The notes: generated from the sequence alone by a model not told the origin. Positions 26,207-35,264 are shown, numbered from the stretch's first letter. The stretch: DNA of 64,000 nucleotides from Patescibacteria group bacterium (GCA_041649315.1 JBAZNJ010000005.1:709-64708), one strand, 5' to 3'. A program made the numbers and translations.

Positions 26207-26470
26207 TTATTTATTATTTATTATTTCTTTAAATATTTTTTCCATTTTTCCCTTATCAATCTTATCACGACCGGTTAAACAATGCCCGAGCTCGTCCGAC
26301 ACAATTTTTTCCATTAAAGAAGACAGAGCTGAACGAGCCGCTTTAAGCTGAATCAGGGGAGAAAAACAATCCCGTCTCTCATTAGCCAACATCTTTTTCA
26401 CTCCTTCTAGTTGGCCAATAATATTATTAATTCTTTGTTCGCTGGTCTTGGTTCTGGTGATTTTTTTCAT
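26207..26470 (-). CDS. CsoR/RcnR/FrmR-family (DUF156) metal/thiol-sensing repressor
   Basis: 87 aa. RINNIIGQLEGVKKML..., with a Cys in ...RRDCFSPLIQ... and a second Cys in ...SDELGHCLTG. Confidence 0.85.
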   Translation of the reverse strand: MKKITRTKTSEQRINNIIGQLEGVKKMLANERRDCFSPLIQLKAARSALSSLMEKIVSDELGHCLTGRDKIDKGKMEKIFKEIINNK

Positions 26471-26477
26471 ATTTATT

Positions 26478-26507
26478 ATTATACTATACGCCCCCTGGGG
26501 GTGTCAA
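26478..26507 (-). promoter_or_regulatory. Promoter with embedded C5-N-G5 operator for the CsoR-family gene (leaderless)
   Basis: Minus strand reads TTGACA (26507-26502), an 18-nt spacer containing CCCCCAGGGGG, then TATAAT (26483-26478). Seven nucleotides then separate the -10 from the ATG at 26470. Confidence 0.6.
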
Positions 26508-26575
26508 GGAGGCAAATAATAATTCCTAAGCTACAAGAAATCTGTAAAATTATATGATAATAATTCCTGGACTAA

Positions 26576-26608
26576 TAAAAATGAGCTATTTGAATAGCTC
26601 ATTTTTTA
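26576..26608. terminator. Bidirectional intrinsic terminator downstream of ORF 26673..27461
   Basis: ATGAGCTAT-TTGA-ATAGCTCAT (26581-26602) flanked by an A-run and a T-run. Confidence 0.7.
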
Positions 26609-26672
26609 CGCTTTTCGAAATTCATCCCGATATTAACCCCCTGACTTACCCATAGGGTTAGGTTAGGTTATT

Positions 26673-27461
26673 TTATTCTCGCTTAATCAGCGCCGGAATA
26701 ATATTTTCATGGTGCTTACCACCGTTAAATGGAACAAACCTAAATGGCTTCTTGTGCCCACCACTGTATTTCCCAATGCAAAAATATTTATTATGCCCGT
26801 CTTTACTATCAGTACGAAGATAGTGCTTAAACAATTCTCTGCCTAAAATTTCCAAGGTTAAAAGAATTTCTAATACCTGATTGGCTGGCATCCGCCAAGC
26901 ATCCGATGAAATTTCCTCTTCTTCTTTTTCCAGGGAATAATTGAACATAAAATTATTCAAACTCACCAAGAAATATCCAGCCTTCGAGCTTTTTTTATAC
27001 CATCCATACCTTTTTGGCCAACTTATTTTTACTCTTTCCGGAAATCTGTCCGACATATCTTTACCTGACAGGCCATTAATCCAGACGATAACCCAGCCAA
27101 ATTTTTTCTGATCATCGGGCGATGGCTTAACATAAACATAATCAGGAAAATCTGTGCCTGTTTCCTCTAATACCCCCTGCTTATCCCGCCAAACCCTCAG
27201 GCTGTCTTCGCGGGAAATCAAAATCGGATACTTAAGTTCTCGCGCGGCGATTTCTTTTTTAACCCGCGCTTTTTCTTTTTTAAGATGCTTATTCTCTACG
27301 CCATCCAAAAAAGATTTTAATTTTGCCGGCGCAAGAATTTTGTCCTTAATCATCCGGCCAATCCGCCAAACCGTTTCCTTCTCTAACTCAAGCGGCAATT
27401 CGATTATCCGAGAAGGTATTGTTTCTTTTTTGCTCATATTTATTATTTTTTTGTTAAACAA
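26673..27461 (-). CDS. Hypothetical protein (262 aa), last gene of the recQ-methyltransferase cluster
   Basis: Long ORF starting 27 nt after the methyltransferase stop. No recognisable motifs. The true start may be the second Met (MSKKETIP). Confidence 0.65.
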   Translation of the reverse strand: MFNKKIINMSKKETIPSRIIELPLELEKETVWRIGRMIKDKILAPAKLKSFLDGVENKHLKKEKARVKKEIAARELKYPILISREDSLRVWRDKQGVLEETGTDFPDYVYVKPSPDDQKKFGWVIVWINGLSGKDMSDRFPERVKISWPKRYGWYKKSSKAGYFLVSLNNFMFNYSLEKEEEEISSDAWRMPANQVLEILLTLEILGRELFKHYLRTDSKDGHNKYFCIGKYSGGHKKPFRFVPFNGGKHHENIIPALIKRE

Positions 27462-27488
27462 CTATAATTAGAATTGTTGGCCTTGAAT

Positions 27489-28190
27489 TTATTCCTCCCT
27501 TCTTAGAACCAACCAATAATTAAATTTATTTTTAAAAAATTCTTTAATTTTTAAATCCGCGCCAATCACGGTTTTTTTAAGTTCACGCGGGGAAAAAACA
27601 TAGTAATAACGTTGGCCGATTTCCTTGCCACGCGAATCTTTCCAAGTAAAAACCAAGTCGCGCCAGCCGAATTTATGTTTTCCTAATATCTTAAACAAAA
27701 TATTCTTAAAAATCAAGGGGCGATAACGTGGATTATTCTTAAGATTCCAAACGCTGATAATTATTTCTCCGCCTGGCTTAAGTTTTAGGGCTAATTGCCT
27801 TAAGGCCTCAACCCGCCGCGCCCGCGTAGGCAGATGGCTAAGAACCGCTAAGCAGAAAATCTGATCAAAATACCCATCCGGCAAAGCACGCAAATCTAAA
27901 ATATCCGCCTCTAAAAAATTTTGCGCCGGATAATTGCGCCGGGCCAGCGCCAATAAATTCTTGCTATTATCAATCCCGAGATATTCTATTTTTTTATCCT
28001 TAAGCGCTTCCAAGAGCCGGCCGTTGCCGCAACCGGCGTCTAAAATTTTCTCGCCGTCTTTAACCGCGACCGCAAAACGACGCATTTCCGGCCATAATTC
28101 TTTGCGCCTGGTCGCATCAAAATCTACGGCAATTTCGTTATAGCCGTCTCTAACTAAATCTAATAATTCTTTAGCCGCGGATTCTTTCAT
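27489..28190 (-). CDS. Class I SAM-dependent methyltransferase
   Basis: Motif [13 protein letters not shown] and post-I/II acidic residues. The start overlaps the recQ stop by 4 nt. Confidence 0.8.
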   Translation of the reverse strand: MKESAAKELLDLVRDGYNEIAVDFDATRRKELWPEMRRFAVAVKDGEKILDAGCGNGRLLEALKDKKIEYLGIDNSKNLLALARRNYPAQNFLEADILDLRALPDGYFDQIFCLAVLSHLPTRARRVEALRQLALKLKPGGEIIISVWNLKNNPRYRPLIFKNILFKILGKHKFGWRDLVFTWKDSRGKEIGQRYYYVFSPRELKKTVIGADLKIKEFFKNKFNYWLVLRREE

Positions 28191-29962
28191 AAATATTCTT
28201 TATTACGATAATCCTCGCCGCCGCGCTCTTTGTTTCTATTTACCTTCAAACAACTATCACAGCGGCCGCAAGGCGCAGCTCGTTCGTCTCCGAAATATTT
28301 CAAAATATACTCCTGGCGGCAAGAAATCGAATAAACATAATTTTCCATCTCATCTAATTTTTCATAAGCCCGCGCCGCCTTCGCTTTCAAGGCCTTAAAA
28401 TCTAAATTCACATCCTCGCTTTCCACAATTTTTAAAACCTTTATTTCTGTTCCTCGGAAAGGCGGCCGATACTCGACTAAATCCTTTTCGGCTAATTTCT
28501 TAATCGCCCGGAGCAAAGAATCTTTTTTTATCTTTAGAACAACCGCCGCTTCTTCCGGATTAAACTCCCAGCCGGTCTTTAGCTCCACCGCGTAATTTTC
28601 TCCAAGCTTAGCCACGACTTCGGCCTGGCTTTTAGCTCTTTTCCCGACCGTTGCCGCCACTTCCATCCAATCCTTTTTTGCCTTTAAATAAGAATTTGAA
28701 TTTTTTTCGTTCGGCCGAGAAATGTATCCTTCTTTTTCTAAAATTTTTAAAGCCGTACCAATCGTCATTTCCGGTACGCTCTCCGACAAGCTCTGCGCGA
28801 TTTCCGCGTAAGTTATTAAAAGCGAGGCTGCCGGATCAATTTCCATCCCGGCCCGGCGCACCAGCCAATCATAAATTTCTATAATAATCTCCGGTTCTGG
28901 ATTATCGCCCTTGATAAAAAACTCGCGCAAATAACGATCCTGCTGGTGATAAAATAATAAACAAAAACTCGGCTGGCCGTCGCGCCCGGCCCGGCCGGCT
29001 TCCTGGTAATAGGCCTCAATCGTGCCCGGCAAATCATGATGGATAACAAAACGGATATCTTTCTTGTTAATTCCTAAGCCGAAAGCGTTGGTCGCAACCA
29101 CAACTTGAGCATCGCCTTTCATAAATTGCTCCTGAACCCAGACCCGGCTATCCGCATCCATGCCGGCATGATAAGCGACCGCTTTAATGTTATTTTCTAC
29201 CAAGGCCTCTAAAAGCTCATCGGCCTTAGCGCGCGTTCCGACATAAATTATTCCCGAGCCGATTTCCGAATTACTGGTTAACAGACCGACAATATTCTCA
29301 ACCTTTTGGCCATTGGCGGCCGGCGCGACCGCAAACTGCAAATTCGGCCGGGCAAATCCGGTGATAACCAATTCCGCTTCTTTTAAGTCAAGCTGTTTAA
29401 CGATATCGTCGCGCACTTCCGGCGTCGCCGTCGCGGTCAAAGCGACAACCGTCGGCGAGCCCGTAAACTTTAGCGCATCTTTTAAGCGAAGATAGCTCGG
29501 CCGAAAATCATGCCCCCATTGGCTAATACAATGTGCTTCATCAATCGCGAATAAAGACACTTTTATTTTTTCCAAGTCACGCAAAAAATTCTGATTATAA
29601 AAACGTTCCGGCGCGATATACACTATTTTATAAAAACCGCTCTTGACTTTATTTAACCGTCGCGCGGTTTCATCCGGCGAAATCGAAGAGTTAATGAAAG
29701 TCGCCGGAATACCGACGCGCTCTAAAGAATCAACCTGATCTTTCATTAAGGCGATTAACGGCGAAATAACAATCGTGATTCCCTCTAAAATTAAAGCGGG
29801 TAATTGGTAAATAAGGGACTTCCCGCCGCCGGTCGGCAAAACGACGACCGTATCCTTGCCGCGTAAAATATTATCAATCGCTTTTTCCTGTCCAGGCAAA
29901 AAAGATTCATAACCGAAATGAATCTTTAAAAGTTCCGCGAGTTGCTGTTTTTTCTTTTCCAT
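28187..29962 (-). CDS. recQ: RecQ-family ATP-dependent DNA helicase (atypical C-terminal layout)
   Basis: [31 protein letters not shown] and AGRAGRDG motifs. The RecQ zinc-finger-like [24 protein letters not shown] lies at the extreme C-terminus. Confidence 0.9.
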   Translation of the reverse strand: MEKKKQQLAELLKIHFGYESFLPGQEKAIDNILRGKDTVVVLPTGGGKSLIYQLPALILEGITIVISPLIALMKDQVDSLERVGIPATFINSSISPDETARRLNKVKSGFYKIVYIAPERFYNQNFLRDLEKIKVSLFAIDEAHCISQWGHDFRPSYLRLKDALKFTGSPTVVALTATATPEVRDDIVKQLDLKEAELVITGFARPNLQFAVAPAANGQKVENIVGLLTSNSEIGSGIIYVGTRAKADELLEALVENNIKAVAYHAGMDADSRVWVQEQFMKGDAQVVVATNAFGLGINKKDIRFVIHHDLPGTIEAYYQEAGRAGRDGQPSFCLLFYHQQDRYLREFFIKGDNPEPEIIIEIYDWLVRRAGMEIDPAASLLITYAEIAQSLSESVPEMTIGTALKILEKEGYISRPNEKNSNSYLKAKKDWMEVAATVGKRAKSQAEVVAKLGENYAVELKTGWEFNPEEAAVVLKIKKDSLLRAIKKLAEKDLVEYRPPFRGTEIKVLKIVESEDVNLDFKALKAKAARAYEKLDEMENYVYSISCRQEYILKYFGDERAAPCGRCDSCLKVNRNKERGGEDYRNKEYL

Positions 29963-30041
29963 TATTCTTGTACATTATTACTTATCAATATAAATAGGCT
30001 TATGCCTCCGTCCTTTATTTGGCATTTGCCGTTACCGCCAA

Positions 30042-30839
30042 TCATTGGTTCTTTCGCCGTTTAAAAATCTCCAAAACATTTTTAAATAAAAAAGCAATCG
30101 TCATCGGTCCGATGCCGCCGGGCACCGGCGTAATAAAACTGGCCTTATCTTTAATATCTTTAAAATCCACGTCACCGAAAACCTGTCCATTAACTCCACT
30201 GATCCCAATATCAATAATGACCGCTTCTTTTTTAATCACCGCCGCTTTGACTTTTTGCGGTTCGCCTAAAGCGGTTACTAATAAATCCGCTTCTTCTGAT
30301 TTAGTTTTTAGATTGACTTTCATTCCTTTGGCTTCTAATAATGCCCGAATCTCCTGTCCAAAGACTTCAGAATTATATAAGACTGTGGCCATTTTCCCGA
30401 CCGGCGCGAAATTTATATTCGTTAAGCAAGCGTCAATCGCCGCCAAAACCGGCGAAATAATATAATCAGGATGCTCCGGATGAAAACCATCCACGTCCTT
30501 TTCCGGATTAAGCGCGGCAATAATCTTATCAGTATTAAATTTTTCCGGCAAAGGAAGTTGGATTAAAATACCGTCCACTGTTTCGTCCTTATTTAAAAAA
30601 TCAATCACTTCCAATAATTCTGGCTCCGGCACATCCGCGCCCAATTTATATAAATGCGTATCCACGCCCACTTTTTTCCCTTCCCGTTCTTTTAAAGATA
30701 CATAGAGTTTCGAGTCCTCTCGTTCGCCGACTAAAATAATAGCCAAGTTCGGTCTTGGTCCGTTAAAATTATGTATTTCTTTAGCGATTTTATCCTTAAT
30801 TTTTTCCGCAATCGCCTGGCCGTTTATTTTCTGTACCAT
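30042..30839 (-). CDS. folD: Bifunctional 5,10-methylene-THF dehydrogenase/cyclohydrolase FolD
   Basis: ILVGEREDSKLYV, DGILIQLPLP and TPVPGGIGPMTIA motifs. Start is set at the ATG at 30839 (MVQKINGQ...), not the longer ORF-track start. Confidence 0.92.
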   Translation of the reverse strand: MVQKINGQAIAEKIKDKIAKEIHNFNGPRPNLAIILVGEREDSKLYVSLKEREGKKVGVDTHLYKLGADVPEPELLEVIDFLNKDETVDGILIQLPLPEKFNTDKIIAALNPEKDVDGFHPEHPDYIISPVLAAIDACLTNINFAPVGKMATVLYNSEVFGQEIRALLEAKGMKVNLKTKSEEADLLVTALGEPQKVKAAVIKKEAVIIDIGISGVNGQVFGDVDFKDIKDKASFITPVPGGIGPMTIAFLFKNVLEIFKRRKNQ

Positions 30840-30920
30840 ATTAAAACCTTTTATTTTATTTAGCCGCTTTAATCGCACCCTTATTTAACTAAAACTTCAG
30901 CCTCTAGGAATTAAGCATAA

Positions 30921-32165
30921 TTATTTCGTCGGAATCGGGAACTTTTCACATAGCTCCTTAACCTGATTTTTCAAAACGCCTAATTTATTTTCATTATCTT
31001 TATTTTTCAAGGCCTCATCAATTAAACCCGTAATTATTTTCATTTCTTCCTCTTTCATCCCCCGCGTCGTAATCGCCGGTGTGCCGATTCTTATCCCCGA
31101 CGGATTCATCGGCGGATTCTGGTCATCCGGAATTGTTGAACGAGAAACTGAAATCCCGATTTTATCCAAAGCGATTTCCGCGTCCTTTCCGGCCAATCCC
31201 TTATTATATAAATTAACAACTATTAGATGATTATCCGTGCCGCCGGAAATTATTTCATAGCCGCGCGCCGTAAATTCCGCGGCCATGGTTTGCGCGTTTT
31301 TTATTATTTGTTTCGCGTATTCCGTAAATTCCGGCTTTAACGCCTCTCCAAAAGCAACCGCTTTCGCCGCCGTAATATGGTCATGCGGTCCGCCTTGCAT
31401 GCCCGGAAAAACCGCCCGATCAATCTGCTTGGCGAATTTTTCTTTGCACATTATAATTGCGCCGCGCGGCCCGCGCAAGGTCTTATGCGTCGTGGTTGAA
31501 ACAACATCAAAAATCGGCACCGGATTTCCAACCTGCTTGGCCGCGACCAATCCGGCGATATGCGCGATATCGGCAAAAGTATAAGCTCCGACCTCATCCG
31601 CGATCTCTTTAAATTTCTGCCAATCAATCTCTCTCGAATAAGCGCTAAAACCGGCCACGATCATTTTCGGCTTTTCTCGGAGTGCGGTCGCGCGCACTTC
31701 GTCCATATCAATCCGCCCGGTTTTAGCGTCGACGCCATATTGCACAAAATCATATAAACGTCCGGAAAAATTAACTTTATGCCCGTGCGACAAATGGCCG
31801 CCATGATCTAAACGCAAGCCCAAAACCTTATCACCCGGCTCTAAAAAAGCCATATAAACCGCGGCGTTAGCCGGCGATCCGGACAAAGGCTGGACATTAA
31901 CATGCTCGGCCTCAAATAATTTTTTCGCGCGACTCACCGCCAAGTCTTCTATTTCATCAATCACCGCGTTGCCGCCATAATAACGGTGGCCGGAATAACC
32001 TTCGCTGTATTTGTTGGTCAAAACCGTGGCCATCGCTTCCAAGACCGCGGGCGAAACATAATTTTCCGAAGCGATCAATTCAAGTTCTTCATTTTGTCGT
32101 TTCTCCTCCCGAGCAATGATATCCCAAGCCGCCGGATCCTGATTTTGTAAGTGGTCATATTTCAT
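30921..32165 (-). CDS. glyA: Serine hydroxymethyltransferase
   Basis: 414 aa. LIASENY…, the PLP-lysine region VVSTTTHKTLRGPRG, and GGTDNHL. Confidence 0.96.
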   Translation of the reverse strand: MKYDHLQNQDPAAWDIIAREEKRQNEELELIASENYVSPAVLEAMATVLTNKYSEGYSGHRYYGGNAVIDEIEDLAVSRAKKLFEAEHVNVQPLSGSPANAAVYMAFLEPGDKVLGLRLDHGGHLSHGHKVNFSGRLYDFVQYGVDAKTGRIDMDEVRATALREKPKMIVAGFSAYSREIDWQKFKEIADEVGAYTFADIAHIAGLVAAKQVGNPVPIFDVVSTTTHKTLRGPRGAIIMCKEKFAKQIDRAVFPGMQGGPHDHITAAKAVAFGEALKPEFTEYAKQIIKNAQTMAAEFTARGYEIISGGTDNHLIVVNLYNKGLAGKDAEIALDKIGISVSRSTIPDDQNPPMNPSGIRIGTPAITTRGMKEEEMKIITGLIDEALKNKDNENKLGVLKNQVKELCEKFPIPTK

Positions 32166-32226
32166 ATAATTTTAGCTAAATTTTAACTAATTAAATTTAA
32201 TTAAAATTCAGCCCCTTAATGCTTTA

Positions 32227-32255
32227 ATTTTAGTTTAACCAAGGGCTTTTGTCAA
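32227..32255 (-). promoter_or_regulatory. glyA-folD promoter
   Basis: Minus strand reads TTGACA (32255-32250), a 17-nt spacer, then TAAAAT (32232-32227). Confidence 0.6.
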
Positions 32256-32281
32256 AAATAAAAACGCCCTCCAAGGGGCGC
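32256..32281 (-). terminator. Intrinsic terminator of the short intergenic transcript
   Basis: Minus strand reads CGCCC-CTTGGA-GGGCG followed by TTTTTATTTTT. Confidence 0.65.
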
Positions 32282-32311
32282 GTCTTAAAATAAAAAGGGT
32301 GCTCCTTGGTT

Positions 32312-32377
32312 TTACATCGTTAAAAATAAGGATGAGATAAACCCAGACCAGGTTTTAATAAGTTTGGTGATTAACAT
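32312..32377 (-). CDS. Candidate leaderless small ORF (21 aa, MLITKLIKTWSGFISSLFLTM)
   Basis: The ATG lies 6 nt after a TATAAT -10 box and the ORF ends in TAA. A terminator follows ~30 nt downstream. There is no homology evidence, so this could instead be a non-coding sRNA. Confidence 0.25.
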   Translation of the reverse strand: MLITKLIKTWSGFISSLFLTM

Positions 32378-32383
32378 AGTATA

Positions 32384-32412
32384 ATTATAACTTAATACCT
32401 TTAAGTATTCAA
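32384..32412 (-). promoter_or_regulatory. Orphan sigma70 promoter overlapping the Elp3-like stop codon
   Basis: Minus strand reads TTGAAT (32412-32407), a 17-nt spacer, then TATAAT (32389-32384). Confidence 0.55.
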
Positions 32413-34052
32413 ATATTTTTTGTCATATAACTATTTTCTGACTTATACCCCATTTTCCGATAATACCCCCTCACCCCGACACCAGAAATCACGGCGATTT
32501 TTAATCTCCGTTTAAATTCTTTCTTGGCAACTCTTTCCGCTTCGGCCATTAACTTTCGACCCAGCCCGCTATGCTGGACTTTTTTCGCGCCGCCAACAGA
32601 AACCAACTCGCCGTAAACATGGAGCTCACGAATAATCGCCGGCGCGATCGGGCTATTTTCGTCTAAACGCAAACGGCAAAATCCGTATAAAATCGCGCCG
32701 CCTAAACTATCAGCGCTAATAAAATACTCTTGGCCGCCGGCCGCCGGATATTCAATGATATTTATCTTATGCCGGCCAATTAGGCCGTCTTTAACTTCCC
32801 GGCAACGAATACATTCACATTTAACTCCCCGATCTTTCATAATCTGCCGCAAATTAGTAATCTTATTTCCGGCCACGATAGATTCGCCCGGGATATCACG
32901 GATCAGGCGGATAATCCGGACATAACGCGGCACTACCGCCTTGCATTTAACGATTAATTCTTGTAAAACTTTGTCCGAATACGGCTTATACTTTCCTTGC
33001 CGGTACCAGCGATATAATAAACTGCCGCGCGTTACGACGGTCGGATAAAACTTAATCTGATCCGGCTGGAAGCGCTCGTCAATAAATAATTTTTCAAATA
33101 ATTTAAAATCGCGCGCCGGCGTCGCTCCCGGTAAGGCCGGCATCAAATGATAAGTAATCTTAAAGCCATATTGTTTTAATAAGCGCGTAGCATCGGCAAT
33201 GGCCGCGACATCATGCCCGCGTTTATTTAATTTTAAAATCGCGTCGTCAACCGCCTGAACACCGATTTCCACGCGCGTACAACCGAGCGCCCGCATCTCG
33301 CGCAATTCAAAGTCATTAATATAATCCGGCCGCGTTTCTAAAGTGAGCCCGATAATTTTATAAACCGCATTTTCATTTTTTTTCTGCTCAACCACTAAGA
33401 ATTTTTTTAATGTTTCTAATTTCAAATTTTTGGCATAAGGCGTCTTAAATCCGCTTTTAAATTTTTCCGCGCCGATTGGACGTTCAAACCCGATTTTTCT
33501 TATTTTTTCATAATCATTCGCCGCTCGAAAACAATTTAGGATATACCAATATTTATATTTAGGCGGTAAATAGCTCCAAGTACCGCCGATAACGATTATT
33601 TCAATCTTGGTCGGTTCATGCCCATTACTCTCTAAAGCGCGCAGGCGCGCCGCAACCTGCTGATAAGGGTCATAATCACAACGAATCGCTCGCATTACCG
33701 CCGGTTCGTTTGATAAATAACTGGTCGGCACATTTTTTTCATGCGGACAATAAGCGCACTGGCCCGGACAGGGATAGGGCTTGGTCAAAACCGCGACCGG
33801 CGCGATGCCGGATAAAGTCCGGATCGACCGTTTCCGCAATAAACCCTCAAACAATTTAAACGATTCTAATTTATTTAACGCTAACAAAGCCCGATATTCT
33901 TTTAAAATTTCCGAGTTTAAAATCTGGGTCAGGCCGTATTCTTTACATAAAAAACGCTTTATTACTTCTAAATCGGCGCGATTTTTTATTTTCACCAGAT
34001 ATTCAAGGATTAAGCGGATAATCGCTTCTTTTTTATTGCTACGCTCGGTCAT
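32409..34052 (-). CDS. Elp3-like radical SAM + GNAT acetyltransferase (tRNA U34 modification family)
   Basis: 547 aa. Radical-SAM cysteine cluster PCPGQCAYCPHE in the N-terminal half, and a C-terminal GNAT motif VQHSGLGRKLMAEAERVA. The domain order matches Elp3. Confidence 0.85.
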   Translation of the reverse strand: MTERSNKKEAIIRLILEYLVKIKNRADLEVIKRFLCKEYGLTQILNSEILKEYRALLALNKLESFKLFEGLLRKRSIRTLSGIAPVAVLTKPYPCPGQCAYCPHEKNVPTSYLSNEPAVMRAIRCDYDPYQQVAARLRALESNGHEPTKIEIIVIGGTWSYLPPKYKYWYILNCFRAANDYEKIRKIGFERPIGAEKFKSGFKTPYAKNLKLETLKKFLVVEQKKNENAVYKIIGLTLETRPDYINDFELREMRALGCTRVEIGVQAVDDAILKLNKRGHDVAAIADATRLLKQYGFKITYHLMPALPGATPARDFKLFEKLFIDERFQPDQIKFYPTVVTRGSLLYRWYRQGKYKPYSDKVLQELIVKCKAVVPRYVRIIRLIRDIPGESIVAGNKITNLRQIMKDRGVKCECIRCREVKDGLIGRHKINIIEYPAAGGQEYFISADSLGGAILYGFCRLRLDENSPIAPAIIRELHVYGELVSVGGAKKVQHSGLGRKLMAEAERVAKKEFKRRLKIAVISGVGVRGYYRKMGYKSENSYMTKNI

Positions 34053-34130
34053 TTAGGTTATAATATAAATATAATTCCCTAATAATATACCATTTTTTTA
34101 TATTTAACAACATTACTAAAAAAACAATTT

Positions 34131-35264
34131 ATGAAAAAACAAACCTTAAAAATTATAATCGCGGTTTTGGCGCTGGCTCTGCTTCTGCCTTTCGGCGTCG
34201 CTCGGGCGGCCGGACTTAAAGCCGGCGAATCTATTTATGTCGGCGAAAGCGATATCGTCACCGGAAATCTTTTTGCCGCCGGGCAGATAATTACGGTTGA
34301 TGGAATAATCGGCGGCGACCTGATTGCCACCGGACAAACAATCAATATCAATGGTCGAATTGAGGGCGATTTAATCGCCGCGGCGCAAAACATCGTAGTC
34401 AACGGCGAAATCGGCGGTAATATCCGAATCGCCGGAAACTTTTTAACCATCAACGGCCCGGTCGCCCGCAATGTCAATGCTTTCGGCTCTAATATCGTCT
34501 TCGGCGAACAGGCGCAAATCGGTTGGGATGTTTATCTTGCCGGAGCGAACGTGGAAATCCGCGGCGTAATTGCCGGAGATTTAGGCGGCCAAGCCGGGCA
34601 AGCTCTAATTGCCGGCTCCGTAGGTAAAAACATTAATCTGGGCTTCGGAGAAAAAACTAATTCTAATCTAACTATCGCGCCGACCGCAAAAATCGGCGGT
34701 AATCTAACTTATAAATCAAATCAGGCAGCCCAAATTTCCAACCAAGCGGAAATTAATGGGCAAATCAAACAAAATTTTCCGGAAACAAAAACGCCTAACT
34801 TATTCCTGGCCTGGCTCTCCGCCCGCTTATTCGCGTTAGGCGCGGCTCTAGCGACCGGCTTAACCCTGGTTTTGCTTGGGAAAAAATTTCTGCCGGAAAT
34901 TTTAAACCGTTTAGAAAAATCTCCGGCCAAAGCTCTGCTCCCCGGCTTGATTATTTTTTTCCTTCTCCCGCCGCTAGCTTTTATTTTAGCGATTACGCTA
35001 ATCGGTTTGCCGCTTGCTTTAATCGCCGGTAGTTTATGGTTAGTCGGAATTTATTTGGCTAAAATTTTAACCGCGATTCTAATCGGTCGTTTCCTTTTGA
35101 AAAAAATAAATAAACATAAACAATTCTCCCTACTTTGGGCAACTCTCTTGGGAATAATTATCTGCTGGCTATTATTCGCCATTCCGGTTATCGGTTGGCT
35201 CTTGGCCTTGGCCGCTATAGGAATAGGTCTGGGCGGATTCTATTATTATGCGCGTCAATCCTGA
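34131..35264 (+). CDS. Bactofilin-like (polymer-forming beta-helix) repeat domain fused to a polytopic membrane domain
   Basis: A signal peptide, then ~8 tandem ~18-20-aa repeats of the form I.G.I.GDLIAAGQ.I.VNG, then ~4-5 TM helices at the C-terminus. Confidence 0.6.
   Translation: MKKQTLKIIIAVLALALLLPFGVARAAGLKAGESIYVGESDIVTGNLFAAGQIITVDGIIGGDLIATGQTININGRIEGDLIAAAQNIVVNGEIGGNIRIAGNFLTINGPVARNVNAFGSNIVFGEQAQIGWDVYLAGANVEIRGVIAGDLGGQAGQALIAGSVGKNINLGFGEKTNSNLTIAPTAKIGGNLTYKSNQAAQISNQAEINGQIKQNFPETKTPNLFLAWLSARLFALGAALATGLTLVLLGKKFLPEILNRLEKSPAKALLPGLIIFFLLPPLAFILAITLIGLPLALIAGSLWLVGIYLAKILTAILIGRFLLKKINKHKQFSLLWATLLGIIICWLLFAIPVIGWLLALAAIGIGLGGFYYYARQS

Noticed and set aside
26516-26568. 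12-nt direct repeat ATAATAATTCCT (26516-26527 and 26557-26568) upstream of the CsoR-family promoter
   Set aside because: It is an AT-rich low-complexity word in AT-rich intergenic DNA, so chance recurrence is plausible and no associated structure or motif was seen.
26655-26670. (GGTTA)3 tandem pentamer at the 3' end of ORF 26673..27461
   Set aside because: There are only three units, abutting the stop codon. It is too short to be meaningful.
32166-32408. Known riboswitch (glycine, THF, ZTP) upstream of glyA-folD
   Set aside because: I could not recognise the conserved cores of these classes. Instead the spacer resolves into a self-contained promoter/small-ORF/terminator unit followed by a separate glyA promoter with a short, unstructured AT-rich leader.
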